A DNA stretch of 64,000 nt from Phyllosticta citribraziliensis (GCF_038025025.1 NW_027117340.1:682001-746000); one strand, 5' to 3'; shown: positions 27,340 through 41,699, counted from the stretch's first letter. Program-made: numbers and translations. Notes: generated by a model from the letters alone, not told the origin.

Positions 27340-27680
27340 GCTCGTAGGAAGCATAGTAATCAATCCTAGATAGTCCTGGTGGGTAGGTTTTCTATAGATG
27401 TATAAATTTCCTAAGCCTAATAAATGCATTTAAAATTTATAAATTAACTTAAAAAAAAAAACTTTTTATCTACTAGTAAGAGTTTAAATTCTATACTAAT
27501 AGAATATAACTATATAAGAAGATATATATATATTATATAGTAGTAATTAATACTAAGTAGATAAGATATTTAGCTAATTATTAATAATTATAATATAGAG
27601 TAGTTTAATAGTACCTAGTAGAGTAGGTCTTATAGACTACTAATAATTAATAGATAAGAAGTAAGAGTAGTTTTTTATTA

Positions 27681-28480
27681 TATACACTATAGTATATATA
27701 AGTTATATTTTATAGTATTTAGCACTTAGTATTTACTACTTATATATATACTAGCTATTTCTAGCTAGCTAGAGAGTAGATAGTTATTCTATATAGGCTA
27801 TATAATAACTACTCTTACTCCTTACTTATTAATTATTAGTAGTCTATATTAATTTACTCTACTAGGTACTATAATACTATTAATAAGTCTCTTACTACTT
27901 ATAAGAGGATAAGACTTATTATCTATCCCTTACTAATAAGTTTTCTTACTTTAATCACGCCCTATAAGGTATTAGGATAAAATACTATAGTTTTAGATAT
28001 ACTAGAAGTACTAGGTATTATTATTTTATAGTCTATAGTCTTAAGTAAGGTATATAAGTAGGATTCTAGGCTAAGATAGTCCTATTAGTAATAGAGATAT
28101 AATATCTTATTATATTATATAGTTAATAACCTATATAATAGCTAAGAGTAGCTAGTCTACTAATAGTATAGTACTATTAGTTACTCCTTAATCTATACTA
28201 ATAGCTAGCTAGTAGTTATCTACTACTAGCCTATTATCTAGCTAACCTATCATCCCCTAGGGTAATAATAATAAACTACCTACTATTACTATAGTACTAA
28301 TAACTTAATAGCTCTAGGAGTAGGTCCTAGGGCTTATATAGGTAATTTATAATAGGGGTAATATACTAGGCTATAAGGTCTAGTACTAATTTACTAATCC
28401 TAAGTACTAGTCTAGTATTAGCTTACCTAAGGACTATTATATATAGTATAGTAGTATTAAGGATAAGCTATTATTTAATA
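27681..28480 (+). repeat. ~800-bp RIP-degraded dispersed repeat, copy 1 (direct copy at ~63011-63814); element family unidentified
   Basis: Long near-identical runs shared with the 63 kb region, e.g. aattattagtagtctatattaatttactctactaggtactataatactattaata and ataagaggataagacttattatctatcccttactaataagttttcttactttaat. Confidence 0.85.
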
Positions 28481-29448
28481 GTAGCTAGTATTAGGATAAT
28501 ATAGCTAAGGATATATATATTTACTCTTACCTAGCTAGTAAGGCTGCTTTAGCTACTATTACTATTAATAATAATAATAATAATAATAATAAGGATAATA
28601 GTAATAACCCTAAGACTATCTAGACCTTATTAGATAGCCTATATAGTATTAAAGATTAGTAGAGCTATACTATTACTTAGCTTACTACTATAGACTTAGT
28701 TTTAGGTACTAGGGTAGTTTTTAAGATATTATTATATATATTCTATATATTAGCTTATTAAGCTAGCTAGGATAGCTATATAGCTAAGGACTAGCTAATC
28801 TATAAGCTCTATAAGCTATTCTATAATATTACTATTACTAATATTATAGCTAGCTATAGTAAGCTACTATAGGTCTTAGACTAGGCTACTAATATTAGCT
28901 AGGCTAAGCTATTATCTATTCTATAGCTAATAGGCTACTACTAGGGTATAATCTATACCTTAGCCTTACTAATTAGGCCCTCCTACTAAGTAATACTAGC
29001 TATTAGTAATACTAGTAGTATTAAGTAGGAGTAAATAGCTATACTAGATAACTATAGCTATTAGTACTATAGTAGTCCTAAGTACTAGATTAAGGATTAC
29101 CTATATATAGACCTTATAGGTTACTAGCTAATTTATACTTATATAGCTACTAGTATAGAGGAGGTCTAGGAGGACTTTATAGATATAGAAGATATAGGTA
29201 AAATTACTAGTATAGAGTCTAGTAATAAACTAGAATTAGGAAATAAGTAGCCTCCTATAAAACTACTATAAGAGGTACTACCTATAAGATAGCTATTAGT
29301 TATTTAATATAATTAGAGAATAGAGTTACTAGTCCTTCTTAATACTCTTATACTATATATATTTATATATATCCTAATAAACTACTAAAGCTAGTTTAGG
29401 TCCTTATTAACTCTAGATATATAGGTAGCTTATATATAAGTTATTTAC

Positions 29449-29871
29449 TATTACGACTTGTAGATTTCTTATTATATAGGTAAGGGCTAAAGGTAAACTA
29501 CTAGAGAATATATATATATCTTAATTAAATCTAATAAGTTAAAAGAATAAAATATAAAAGATACTTACTACTTATATATTTCCTAGTCCTTCCTTTATAC
29601 TATTCTACCTCTTGTCCTTTATATAAGGGTCCTTAGTTATTGTTAGGTGAGTTGTAAAGGTGAGGTATTAATAGGCTGTTGTGTGGTATCTGCCTAGGGC
29701 TGTAGTAGCTGGTGCTAGGCTGTAGTAGCTAGTACTAGCCTGTAGGTTTTAGCCTGAGCTGTAGTAGGCTGCTGCCTAAGGTGAGGCTTGTGCTTCTTAT
29801 AACTATATAATACCAGGTTTATCTATACTGGCCCTAGTACTTATATAGGTATATATATACCTATTGTAACA
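29449..29871 (-). repeat. 3' LTR of gypsy copy A
   Basis: Direct repeat of 37270-37692, adjacent to the polypurine tract. Confidence 0.9.
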
Positions 29872-32800
29872 TGCCCCCCCTAAAGAGAAGCTAAAATTAT
29901 AGGAATTAGTAGCTATAGGCGCTTATATAGGTGCAGACTTATAATATATAATAGTAGTGATTTAGTAATTTAAGCATTCTATATAGTTATAAAGTATAAT
30001 TATTAGTCTAGGTCTACTACTATACTATCTCTTTCTATTACTATCTCTTTTACTGCGCGACCTATAGAAGGTTGCTATCTTACTTAGCTATATCTAAAGC
30101 TCCCTATTAAAGTATATTATTACCCTAGTCTAATTTAGCCATGATCTAGTAAACTAACTATTATATATAAAGGTTCTAATAATTTAAATAATTTATACCC
30201 TACTAATAGTAAAGTAGATATTCCTAGCTACTATGTACTTAATATATCTACTACTTGTTATAGTCTAGTCTATTAGGACTTATTACTATTATACTAGAGT
30301 TATAGTATTAAGTTATTATCGCGCGGCGTTATTTATAATCTATTGTAGTTGCTGCTTACTTAGAGGGCTGTTTTGGCTAGTAGTATCTATAAGGACTATT
30401 ATATAGAGTCCTAAGGTAAGTGAACTTTAATTCTATCTCTAACCGTTACTAATTATTATCTAGGCTATTAAGTAGCATTATATATCTAGGTTTTACTACT
30501 TTATCGTCCCATCTTGCTGACTAATATAATTATAGAGGAGGACACTTATATAAAGACTTAGTTAGGCTAGGCTTTACTTATTTAGCTAGGAATAGCTATA
30601 GGCTTATTACTTTACCTATAGTATACTATAGTATTAGGTTCTACTTAATTAGTATTATTAGTTATTGTATAAGGTTTATCATCTACAGCTATATAGCCTG
30701 CTACTAACTAGTATATTATGCTACATTACTACTAGTTTACTGTCGCGCAGCCTATTTTAGAGGAAGAAGGTAAAGAGCCTGCTTATATATACTATTATTA
30801 TAATCCTATAGCTTATTAGGTTCTAGCAGCTAAGTACTTACTGCCTGCTACTTTATATAATAGTAGTAATAGTGAGATTCGCGTTGTAGTGTTACTAGTT
30901 AGCTCTAATAAGGCGCCTATTAAGTAGGACTTTAAGTTAATGCTTTATATCCCTTATAAGAATATAGAGAGTGTCGCGCGAGTAAGTTTATCTTACTAAT
31001 ATAAGGGATTCTTATCTGACTAACTATGCAGGCGCACCTTAGTAGTTCTAAAGTATAAGAGCGCGCTAAGCGTATCTTAGCCTTAGGTAATAGCATACCT
31101 TGCTTATATATTATAGTTTCTACTTAGTAATTTAACTACTTATTAGTTAAAACTTAAGCCAGCTTGCGTGATGCTTTTCTTATCTAGTATACTAGAATTA
31201 ATAACCCTGTTAGCTGTACTAAGTATTATAATAATACTAATACTTGTGCGTTTATTAGTTGTTGCTACCTGCCTGGTTTCTTATAGGGCTGCTATGCTAA
31301 CTGCCTTTAAGGTATAGGTAACCTTAACTATACTATAAGTGACTTAAAGGGTACTAAGCTGCCTGCTTATTATAAGAGGCATAAAGATGAAATTTATATA
31401 GAGGAGTTCTAGAACTTATACTACTAAGCTAGGTTAGAGGATTAAACTAATTAGGCTTTAGCTAAGTAGGATATCCTGCCTAATAAGCTAGAGGATCTAG
31501 AGGAGATGGTCTTATATAATAACTATTATAATAAGAAGAAGGGAAAAGGAAAGAAGTAAAGAGTAGAAATTAAAGAAGAGGATAGTAGGGAATAAGTAGT
31601 AAAAAGGAGAGACTAGAGAGTAGAAGTTAAGATTAATAGTATTTATATAAGGGTAGATAGTAAACTAATTAGTCTACTTTTTATATCTTTATAATATTTA
31701 CTATAGGCCTAAGTAACTTATTTTATTATTACTTTCTATTTTAATCTATAGTTCTTCTTAGAGGAAGGTAGCCTTCTATTTTTCTAGATTTTTTAGTAGT
31801 CCTACTATAATGGGGTATAATGAGTAGAATTCTTTAATTTTCTATAGTGTGCTACTAAAAGAACTTATATTATACTACTAGTTATCTTAGTTATATCTAG
31901 TCTATTTAACTTAGTATTAAAGCTTCCTATATAAGACTTAACTAGCTTAAATATAGTCTACTTCCTACTTAGGCTCGTCTTAAATAATCTTAGGTTTAGG
32001 TTTAGTATATTCCTAACTAGAAAGCTGTTCTATTTTGGCCTTATATAGCCTATTAGTATAGAAAAGGTTAACTATCTTTATATATAAGGGAAGATTAAGA
32101 ATATAGGAGGGTCCTTCTATTCCTATAATCTTAAAAGGTCTAGTATTAGGGAAGTCTAATTTAAGGTTTAGCTAATTAGTAGACCATCTAGTTTTCTTAA
32201 TATAGATGTAATCTCTAATTATAAAGTCTAGCGCGTAATGGTATTTATTAGCTTATTAGTATATATACTCTTAGGATTTAAGAATAAGATTCTTTATAAA
32301 TTTAAAAGCTTCTTATCTTCTCTTTTATAGTATTTATACTACTATATAAGCTATCTTTTCTAGTTGCTAGGGGGTCTCTATTCTTTATTACTAGTTATAG
32401 TATATTTAAGGGGAATATCCTAACTTAATCTTAAAAGATAAAAGTCTAGTAGCTTTATAGGGAAGTATTACTTATATAAGGTCTATTAATAGTAGAAGAT
32501 TAGACTAATTATTTTAAAAGTAATTAATAAAAGGTCTTAATCTTTATATAAGATGCTAATTAATAATCTCTATAATACTATTAGTTTAAGAGTAGTAGGA
32601 TGAGTTAAAATGCTACTCTATACTAGTTAGCTTATATAGTTTATTTATAAATGCTAAGATGAACTGAGGGCCTTAGTTAGATAGGATAGACTTAGGGTTT
32701 CTATAAATATAGTAGATATATTTATAAAAAAGCCTAGAGACTCCTTTAGTATTAATCTTCTTTATATAAGGTAAGCTAAAGGTTCTTCAACTTAACTAGT

Positions 32801-35800
32801 CTATAATAACTAGAATTATATTATAGCCTTTTTAGTCTTTAGGCATCTCTTTAAAATCTATAGCTAAGTATTACTAGGGTTAAGTAGGAATCTCTAGGGG
32901 TTATAGAAGGCCTAGGTCTTTATTATAAAACTCTTTTATTTAGTAGTAAATATGGCATCCTTACCTATAAATATTAATTATGCGATTTATAGCTAGCTAG
33001 TAGTAATATTACTTAAGGAGTTTTTGCATCTTTATAATACTAGAATAGGCAGTTATATAGGTAGTATATAAAGTATTAAGCATTCTTATATAGAGGTTAT
33101 TGTGATCTAGTATAAAGAGGGTACTATATTATAATAAAAGACCATCCTTTAGTTTCTAACTATTTCTTTATTTAAGGTCTTTTAAGAGGGCCTTCTATCT
33201 CTAGAGTTCTAATTTAAAATCTTCTTAGTTTATATAGAGAAGTTTATCTAAAAATAATACTAGAGAAGGAAGTTCTTATTCTAAAATAGAAAGAGGGATA
33301 ATAGTCTCTAGTAGGATAAGGTATATCTCTTATATAGCCTTTATTTTTTCTTTTTAAGTCTTTAGGTCTTCTTATTTTTAAGTAAGGTAATTAGTAATAA
33401 TATTTTCCTTTCCTAGCTAATAGGAGAATTATATGTGGAACTCTATAAAAAACTTAGACTATCTAGCTTATTATTAATTAAGTTATTATTTAGTAGAGTA
33501 GTACTCTAATACCTAATAGTCTGTTATTATAAGAAAAGGTTTTTTAAGGCTAATAAGTATTAGTCTCTATTCTTCTAGTCTATTCTTAATAGCTAGTAGT
33601 TCTTTATCAGATATTCTATAATAAAGTTCTATATTAGCTATTACCTTAGAGTAGAATGCTACTAGTTTCTAATTATATGAAGGTTATTAGAGCTGTATTA
33701 AAATGCCTATAGTAACTCTATTACTTATATTAGTCTCTATATAAGTGTTAAGAGTAGGGTTATAGTTAGCTAGGAGTGTATCACTATATATTAGCTTCTT
33801 AAGTCGTTAAATTACCTCTTCTTCTAGGGGTCCTAGTTATTACTATTTTACCTTAGAGTATAGTTTCTCTAATAGCTGGCTAATTTATCTATAGTTAGGG
33901 AGAAATTATTAGTAGAAATTATAGAAACCTAGGAAGGATTAAAGAGCTTTAAGGGTTTTTAGTATTAGCTAGTTTTATATAGGTTCTACCTTATCTAGGT
34001 CTATCTAAATGCCTTCTATAGAAATGATATATTTAAGGAACTTTATATAAGTAACTAAAAACTTGCTCTTCTTTAAATCTACCTATAGTCCTACTTTTTA
34101 TAGTCTTACTAGTACTTTTTTTACTTATTCCTCGTGCTCTATAGGGTCTTTAGAGATAATAAGCATATTATCTATAAAAGCTATAATAAAATCATCTAAA
34201 TACTTAAAGAGAACCTAGTTAATAAAATATTAAAAGGCTATAGGTCTGTTGCTTAATCTAAATAGTAAGATATAGTATTTAAATAAGCTATATCTTATAT
34301 AGAAGGTAGTCTTATCTTTAGAATCCTTAGTAAGACAAATGTAGTAGAAAGCTTATTAAATATTAAGCTTAGTATAAATTTTGCCCTTTCTAATACGCTA
34401 AAGTAACTCTATAATAAGAGGAAGGGGGTGTGAATCCTTAGTAGTTTATTTATTAAGCTATTAGTAGTCTATATAAAATCTCTATCCCCTACTAGGCTTT
34501 TTTACTATAAGAATAGGAGAAGTATAGGTAGTAAAGCTCTTAGTAATAAAGCCTTTTTAAAGGTTCTTAATAATATACTCTTTTATAGCCTTAAGCTGCT
34601 CTAGAGATATTCTATAGAGAGGACTAGGTAGAAGCTCTAGTAGACTATTATATATAAGAGATATTTTATAATTAACCCCCATGTGATATAGTAGTAGCTT
34701 ATTAGACTCTATTTTAGAAAATACATCTTAAAATTCCTTATAAGCAGCTAGTAGCTTAGAAGCTAATAATTCCTTAGTTTCTTTATCTTTAAGAGCCGCT
34801 TAAACTTATATAAGGTTAATAGTATAGATCTCTATTAGCACAACTTATATTTTATAGATAGAAAGCTTAAAAGCATCTTAAGTTTAAAATTTAATTCCCT
34901 TAATAACCTATACTAAGGGAAGAAGGTATTTATTAAAGTTTTTATCTCTATAGTCTATATCTACTTAATGTTCTTTCTACGGTTTGTTGCTTTATATAGA
35001 GACTTTTAGTAGGTATAAAAGATACTAAAAGGATTAGTTAACTAGTAGCTATCTCTAGACTAGTTTATATTATTTATAGTCTAGAAGAACATCATGCTGG
35101 TTAAAAAACTATCACCTAAGAATTATATTGTTGCGGCTAATATTATAAATAAAAGTATAAGTAGAAACTATTTAATCCTAGAAGTAGAGTTAAAGATAAA
35201 AGTAAAAATTAACTTTCTTATTTATATATTAGTTAAACCTAGTAATATTAAGCCCTTTACCTATTATTCTCTTTTTTATAGCACCTATAGACTGGAGAGT
35301 TAGTAGTAGCTTAGGGTAAATAAAACTTATACTACTAGTACTAGTATTAGCTAGGGCACGAATTTCTAAGGCGCGGCTATTAGATATAATTGAGGTTTAT
35401 ATAGTAAAGGGTACACCTCTAATAAAGTAACTAAGATTTATATAAGAACCTTTAATATATATTACTCTAAGTTTAGACCTAAGGTAGGAGACTTTATCTA
35501 GGCCTTATTATTTTCTAATAAAGACTAATCTCCTTTATTTATATAGATATCTTTAGTGCTTTCTTCTTTAACTAACTCTATTACCTTTATCTTAGGTTAT
35601 AGGTATTATCTCTATAAATAGCTAAACTAGCCATAGTAATTATATGGTCTAATCTCTATATAGACTTCTACTTTACCTTTATAGGTTATATTATATAAGG
35701 GAGCCCTAGATATAGATCGCGCCTAGGCATAACTAGAAGATAAAGCACTTATACTACCTAAGGCAGTTATCTTTACTTATTCTTATTATCTCTTCTTTAC

Positions 35801-37269
35801 TTATTCCTTACGCGACGTGAGCGTTAGTTTTCTATAGTTAGAATAGTAGTTACTAAGACTTTAAGTAATAGGGTAGGCTTATTAGAGGTACTTATAAAAG
35901 TTAATATCCCTATCTTACTCTATAGTAACTATATAGGTTTAAAGGAGAGGATCTATTATATTATAAAAGTCCTCTTTCTACTATTTCTAGGGAAGATCTA
36001 TATCTAAGGCTAATTATATAAAGTTTAATTAAAACTTCTAAAGGTCTATAGGGATATAGTATATAAGAGAGCGTAACTACTTCTTTATATCCTTATATTT
36101 ATATAGACTCTAGAGGAGGTTATCTAGGAATTTAAAGATATCCTTATCTAGAGTAACTTTATTAGCCTTTATATAAGAAGTAAGGAAAGGAGTTAGGTAA
36201 TATAAGACTTCTCTACTAATATAGAAAATAATATAACCTATAATATTCTATTTAGTCTCCTCTACTATATCTTTAGTAAAGTGATTATAGTTTTATTTAA
36301 TTTTATTTTATATAAGGAGGGTCTAGTATTTATATAAGGGGTCTTCTTTATTAGTAAGAAGAGGAGGATTAGGAACCTTACTACTTTAGTATTTCTTACT
36401 ACTTAAAGATAAAGTAGAGGTTTTAGTAGTAGTTTCCCTTATATAGTTAGGAGGAGGTCTAAGAGTCCTTATAACTCTACTAGTAGAAGGATCTTAAGAG
36501 AGGGTAATAGGTCTTAGGTACTAAGCTAATAAAGAGGGCCTAATATATCCTTCCCTTAGAACTTCTCTAAGTCTATTAGTATAGTTTAAGAGTGTTTACT
36601 TAAGAGCCTAGTTTTGCCTTTATGTGTAGTTTAGTTGCTGCTATACTTAAGACTTATTTAAGGATGTAATCTTAGATTTAAATTAATTAATATCTAAGCG
36701 CGGTACCTTTATAAATGCCTCTATAACTAGAGCTTAAACTGTATAAGTTGACCCTAGGTCTTAGGTATATTCTTTTACCTCTACTACTAGGACTAAGTAG
36801 AAATTATATAGGAGAATAGGGGTAGGTCCTCTCTTATTATTATTTAATAAGTATCTAGTATTATATAAATCTTTAGTTCCTTCGCGCGAATCTTATTAGG
36901 TTAATTAACTAGTACTAATACCTTTAGTAGTACTAGATATATTAGCTTTATTCTTAGCTATACTATCTTTATAGTCTTCTACTTAGAATGTCCTTTAAGT
37001 AGGTTATAGATAGGATACCTCCTAAATATTTATATACTATCCTATAGCCTTAACTAAAGACTTCTATAGTTAATACATGCTTAATGCTCCTTAGTCCTTA
37101 GATAATACTAATACGCCTAATAAAGATAACTTAGGTTTACTAGGGAAAAGTAATAAGTAGTCTTATATAAGACTATAGCTATATATAACATTACTTAGGT
37201 TAAATATTATAACACCTTTATAGGTAAAGAAGTAGGATAGAGCTGAAACTTAAAATAATCTTTTATATC

Positions 37270-37692
37270 TATTATAACTTATAGATTTCTTATTATATAG
37301 ATAAGGGCTAAAGGTAAACTACTAGAGAATATATATATATCTTAATTAAATCTAATAAGTTAAAAGAATAAAATATAAAAGATACTTACTACCTATATAT
37401 TTCCTAGTCCTTCCTTTATACTATTTTACCTCTTATCCTTTATATAAGGGTCCTTAGTTATTATTAGGTAAGTTATAAAGGTAAGGTATTAATAGGCTAT
37501 TATGTGGTATCTGCCTAGGGCTATAGTAGCTGGTACTAGGCTATAGTAGCTAGTGCCAGCCTGCGGGTTTTAGCCTAAGCTATAGTAGGCTGCTGCCTGA
37601 GGTGAGGCTTGTGCTTCTTATAACTGCGCGACGCTAGGTTTGTCTGTGCTGGCCCTGGTGCTTGCATAGGCGCGTGTACGCCTATCGTGACA
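37270..37692 (-). repeat. 5' LTR of gypsy copy A
   Basis: Direct repeat of 29449-29871; ends ...cctatcgtgaca followed by TSD tttac. Confidence 0.9.
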
Positions 37693-40600
37693 TTTACTAG
37701 AGTATAAGCTTATTACTACTAGTACCTAGAAGTAGTAGTTATATAGGCTAATAATAATTAGTAACTATATATAAAGCTAGACCTAATAGCTTATCTATAA
37801 GCTTATTATAGGCCTATTCTTTAGCTTAGCTAATACTAATAATATAGCCTTATATAACTTATAGGCTTCTATAACTATTACCTAAATTAGCTCTTTATAT
37901 AATTTATTTATTAGCCTAGAGTATATATAGTATTTTAGCTTTATCTTAGACCTAGTATTTATAGTATTATAGATTTATAGAGTAAAGTTAGTTAGTTTAT
38001 ATTAGTATAGTACTAATCTATAAAATATTATTATAGCTAAACCTTAGATAGCCTCTAAGCTAATTAAATCCTTACTACCTACTTAGATAATATCTTAGAT
38101 ATTATAAGTAAGTATAGCCTCTCTATCTATATTTACTATAGATATACCTTTACCTATAACTATAACTATAACTCTCTCCTAGATTAATAGCTAGTTATTA
38201 AATAACTATACCTTACTATTATTACTATCTATAAATAATACTATCTTATCCCTACTATAGCCTACTACTATAACTCCTATTAAGATCTTATATTATAGCT
38301 ATCCTCTTAAATAATCCTCTAATCTCTCCTATATAAGTTAGTATTAAATAAGGTAGCTAGCTATACTAGCTACTATATTATAAGCTAGGCCTACTAGAAT
38401 ATACTTAGTTATAATACTAATATAACTTGTCCTATAGATAGGCACATAAGCTAAATATATATTAATTAGACTAACTACCCTAGCTAGGGCTAGGGGCTAA
38501 CTATATAGGCTAGGGCTAGGGGCTAACTATATAGGCTAGGGCCCCTACCTATACTAGGGCTACTACCCTAAATGTACTAGGTACTAAGTAAAAGTAAAGA
38601 TATATAGATATATAATAAAATAGTAGCTATATACTAGTAATATCCTTATTATAAAGTCTAGTTATCCTCCTATATATAAAACTCTAGTTTTTCTATTAAT
38701 CTCTATTATTCTAATACTTCTTAGGGCTAATTATTAGGTATCTAATATAGAATATTAGTAATACTAATATTAGGGGCTATAAGGCCTATATAGTTAGTAG
38801 GGTAATTAGTTATATAGTTAATATTAGTATTATATTATTATTAATTATTAAGGAGCTTAGTAAGTAGGTTATTCTATACCTTAGAGTTAATATTATTATT
38901 AGTAGGTAGGATATAGATATACTAGATATTAATATTATAGTTATCCTAGAAAGTCTAGGATAGTAGTTTATATATAACTATAGAAGCTACCTATACTACT
39001 ATACTATTACTAATATTAATATTAAAACCCTTAATAAAGGCTTTAGACTTAATAAGGTAGTAGTAGTAGACTAAGAGTATATACCTTAGGTATATAAGCT
39101 ACTTATACTTATACTAAAGGGGGTTATAGTTAGGGACTAGGGTAAGCTAATAACCTATACTAAGCTTAAATTATAATATAGAAATAATTATCTTATTTTA
39201 AGAACCTTAGATAAGGAGACTACCTATAATTAGATAAGTAACTATTATAGGGTCTATAATACTTAATAGTATAGGGATATTATAGTCTATCTATAGGATA
39301 TAGGTCCTAATACCTATAATCTTAGGGTTCCTTATTATAAGGTAATTATAAATCCTAGTTAATATAGCTTTATTATTATTAAACCTAGTAGTAAAGTAGT
39401 TATTAGGTACTTTAGTAGTAACTATATCTAGCCCTAGATAGGTAGGACTAGTACTAGCTATAAGATAGACTTCCTCTTTCTTAAGGGTAGTAGTAGCTTA
39501 TATATTAGCTTTATTATTAATCTACTTATATTATTAGTATATCTCTTATAATATCTCTTTAGAGATATAATTAATCTAGCTACTATAGGTACCTAGAATA
39601 GCTATAGGGTAGTTAGGTTATACTTCTAGTATACCCTTACTATATATCTTAAGGAAATTAGGGTTATATATAATTATAGTAATATCTATTAAGATAATAT
39701 TAGGTATTATATATAGGTAGTATATAAAGTTCTTATCTTTTATAGGGACTATTAGGGCCTACTAGTTTTTTCTATTACTTACCTAGGGGGTATAGTATTT
39801 ATTACTAATAATATACTCTCTATCCCTTTCTACTAGATACTTTATAAACTTCTAGAGCTATAGTATAGGGAACTAGTAAAAGTTAGCTAGGTCTAATATT
39901 AGTAGGTAGAATTATAATTCTATAGGAAAGATTAAGTATATATAGTCTAGGATTAGAAGTAGACTATAGTACTTATATAAGTTAATTATAATACTATACT
40001 ATAGGGTAGTAGAGTTAATATTAAAGTCCCCTTCCTCCTTATAGCCTAGAAATTATTAGTAATTCTAGTCTTTATAGAATAAGTATCTATCTAGCTTTAT
40101 AAGATAGGTAAAATATACCTATCCCTACTTATTAATAATAAGTAAACTAAAACCTATAGGGTAAAAGGGTCTATTTATACTACCCTCTATTAGGAAATAG
40201 AGATATAAGCTCTTAATATTATAGTCCTTAAGATTATAACTAGTATAGTAATAAGCTAGCTAGATAAATAGACTCCTTATAGTAATAGGGTATTATTATA
40301 GATAATATAGTAATAGGCCCCTATATACTTAAAAAGTAGCTAGTTATAGGTATCCTAGAGAAAGTAACTCTTTCTATAATTAGAGGGTTTAAAGGTATTA
40401 ATATTATATAGCTTTAGCTTCTAAGACTTCTTTAGGTATATTTAATTATTAGTAGTAGTTAGCCTAGCTTCCCCTTTACTAAGCTTAGTATTATTATCTC
40501 TATAAAGTATTAAAGTATTATCTTCTATAGTACTATATTCCTTAATATTATAGGTAGCTTTACCTTTACCCTTATAGTAGGTTATAATAGGGGTCTTATT

Positions 40601-41699
40601 ATTACTAGAGATTAGGGTAAAATCCTCTATATTATTAGTATCTAGTACTATAATATAGCCTTTTTAATTAGTAGAAGAAGCTATTTATACTTAAAGGGAG
40701 TAGTTATAGCTATTAGTAAGGTACTATTTAATTAGTTTCTATTATAGTCTAGGGGCTAGCTACTATTCTTCTTTATATTAGGGGTCTTATCTCTATTACT
40801 TTATCCTATAACTATAACCTCTTCCTTATTACTCTCTTTAGTATTATTACTTTAAGTATACTAGGGTTACTTAGTAATAATAGGTAAGCTACTTATAGGT
40901 ATACTCTACTTAGTTATAGTTAGTATTTCTAGTAGGTACTATAGTAAAGATATACTTCTAGGGGTTTCTAGGGGTATAATTATAGCCTTTAATATAATAG
41001 CTTTAGATTTAGTTAATATAGCTAGAGGTAAGCCTATACTACTACCTTTAGTACCTTTCTTTAGCTTTATAATATAGTAAGGAACTATATTAAGTAAGTT
41101 AGGCTTATTAGCCTTAGTTAAGTAGGTAAAGTATTAGGTAGTAGTACCTTTAGTAGTTAAGATACTAGCTAATATACTTAAGGTATCCTTCTTCTTTAAG
41201 GGTATAGTATAGAGGATAGTATATAGTATAAGTTAGATAATATACTAGTTATAAAGGTAGGTTAATAGTATAGTAAAGATTAGCTATATACTAAAATAAA
41301 AGATCTTAGATTAATAGGTACTAAGCCCTAAATAATCCTAGATTAAAATAACTAAGTTAGGAAAATCTATTTAGCCCTCTATATTACTTATATATTCCTT
41401 ATACCTCTCTAAATAAAGGAATAAAATAAAGAAACTCTTTTATAGCTCTATTATTCTTTATTATCTATTATTTATCCTATTAAATAAAGGAAACTATTAT
41501 TCTTCCTACTAAATAAAGGGGTAACTCCTATATAAATAGTAATATAAAAAAATAATAGGAAATAAGGAAGGATAGGAATACTAATACTAACTATACTATA
41601 TTTATAAATACTATAGGCTAAGGGCCCTTATATAGGAGGGATTACTACTAAAGGGCTAGAGTATCTAGTCTAGGAATAGATTTAGTAATTACTCTATAA

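Larger units (their letters stand above)
29449..37692 (-). mobile_element. Full-length RIP-inactivated Ty3/gypsy (chromovirus) LTR retrotransposon, copy A (8244 bp) with 5-bp TSD TTTAC
   Basis: 423-bp LTRs at 29449-29871 and 37270-37692 (TG...CA, RIP-altered). TTTAC at 29444-29448 and 37693-37697. PPT complement gccccccctaaa at ~29873. Minus-strand RT relic YLDDFIIAFIDNMLIIS at ~34150-34203. The internal region is the reverse complement of copy B. Confidence 0.92.

Noticed and set aside
35094..35303. 69-aa ORF MLVKKLSPKNY... and its twin at 52878..53087
   Set aside because: Antisense to gag-pol of gypsy copies A and B; a chance stop-free stretch in RIP-degraded DNA that appears twice because the element does.
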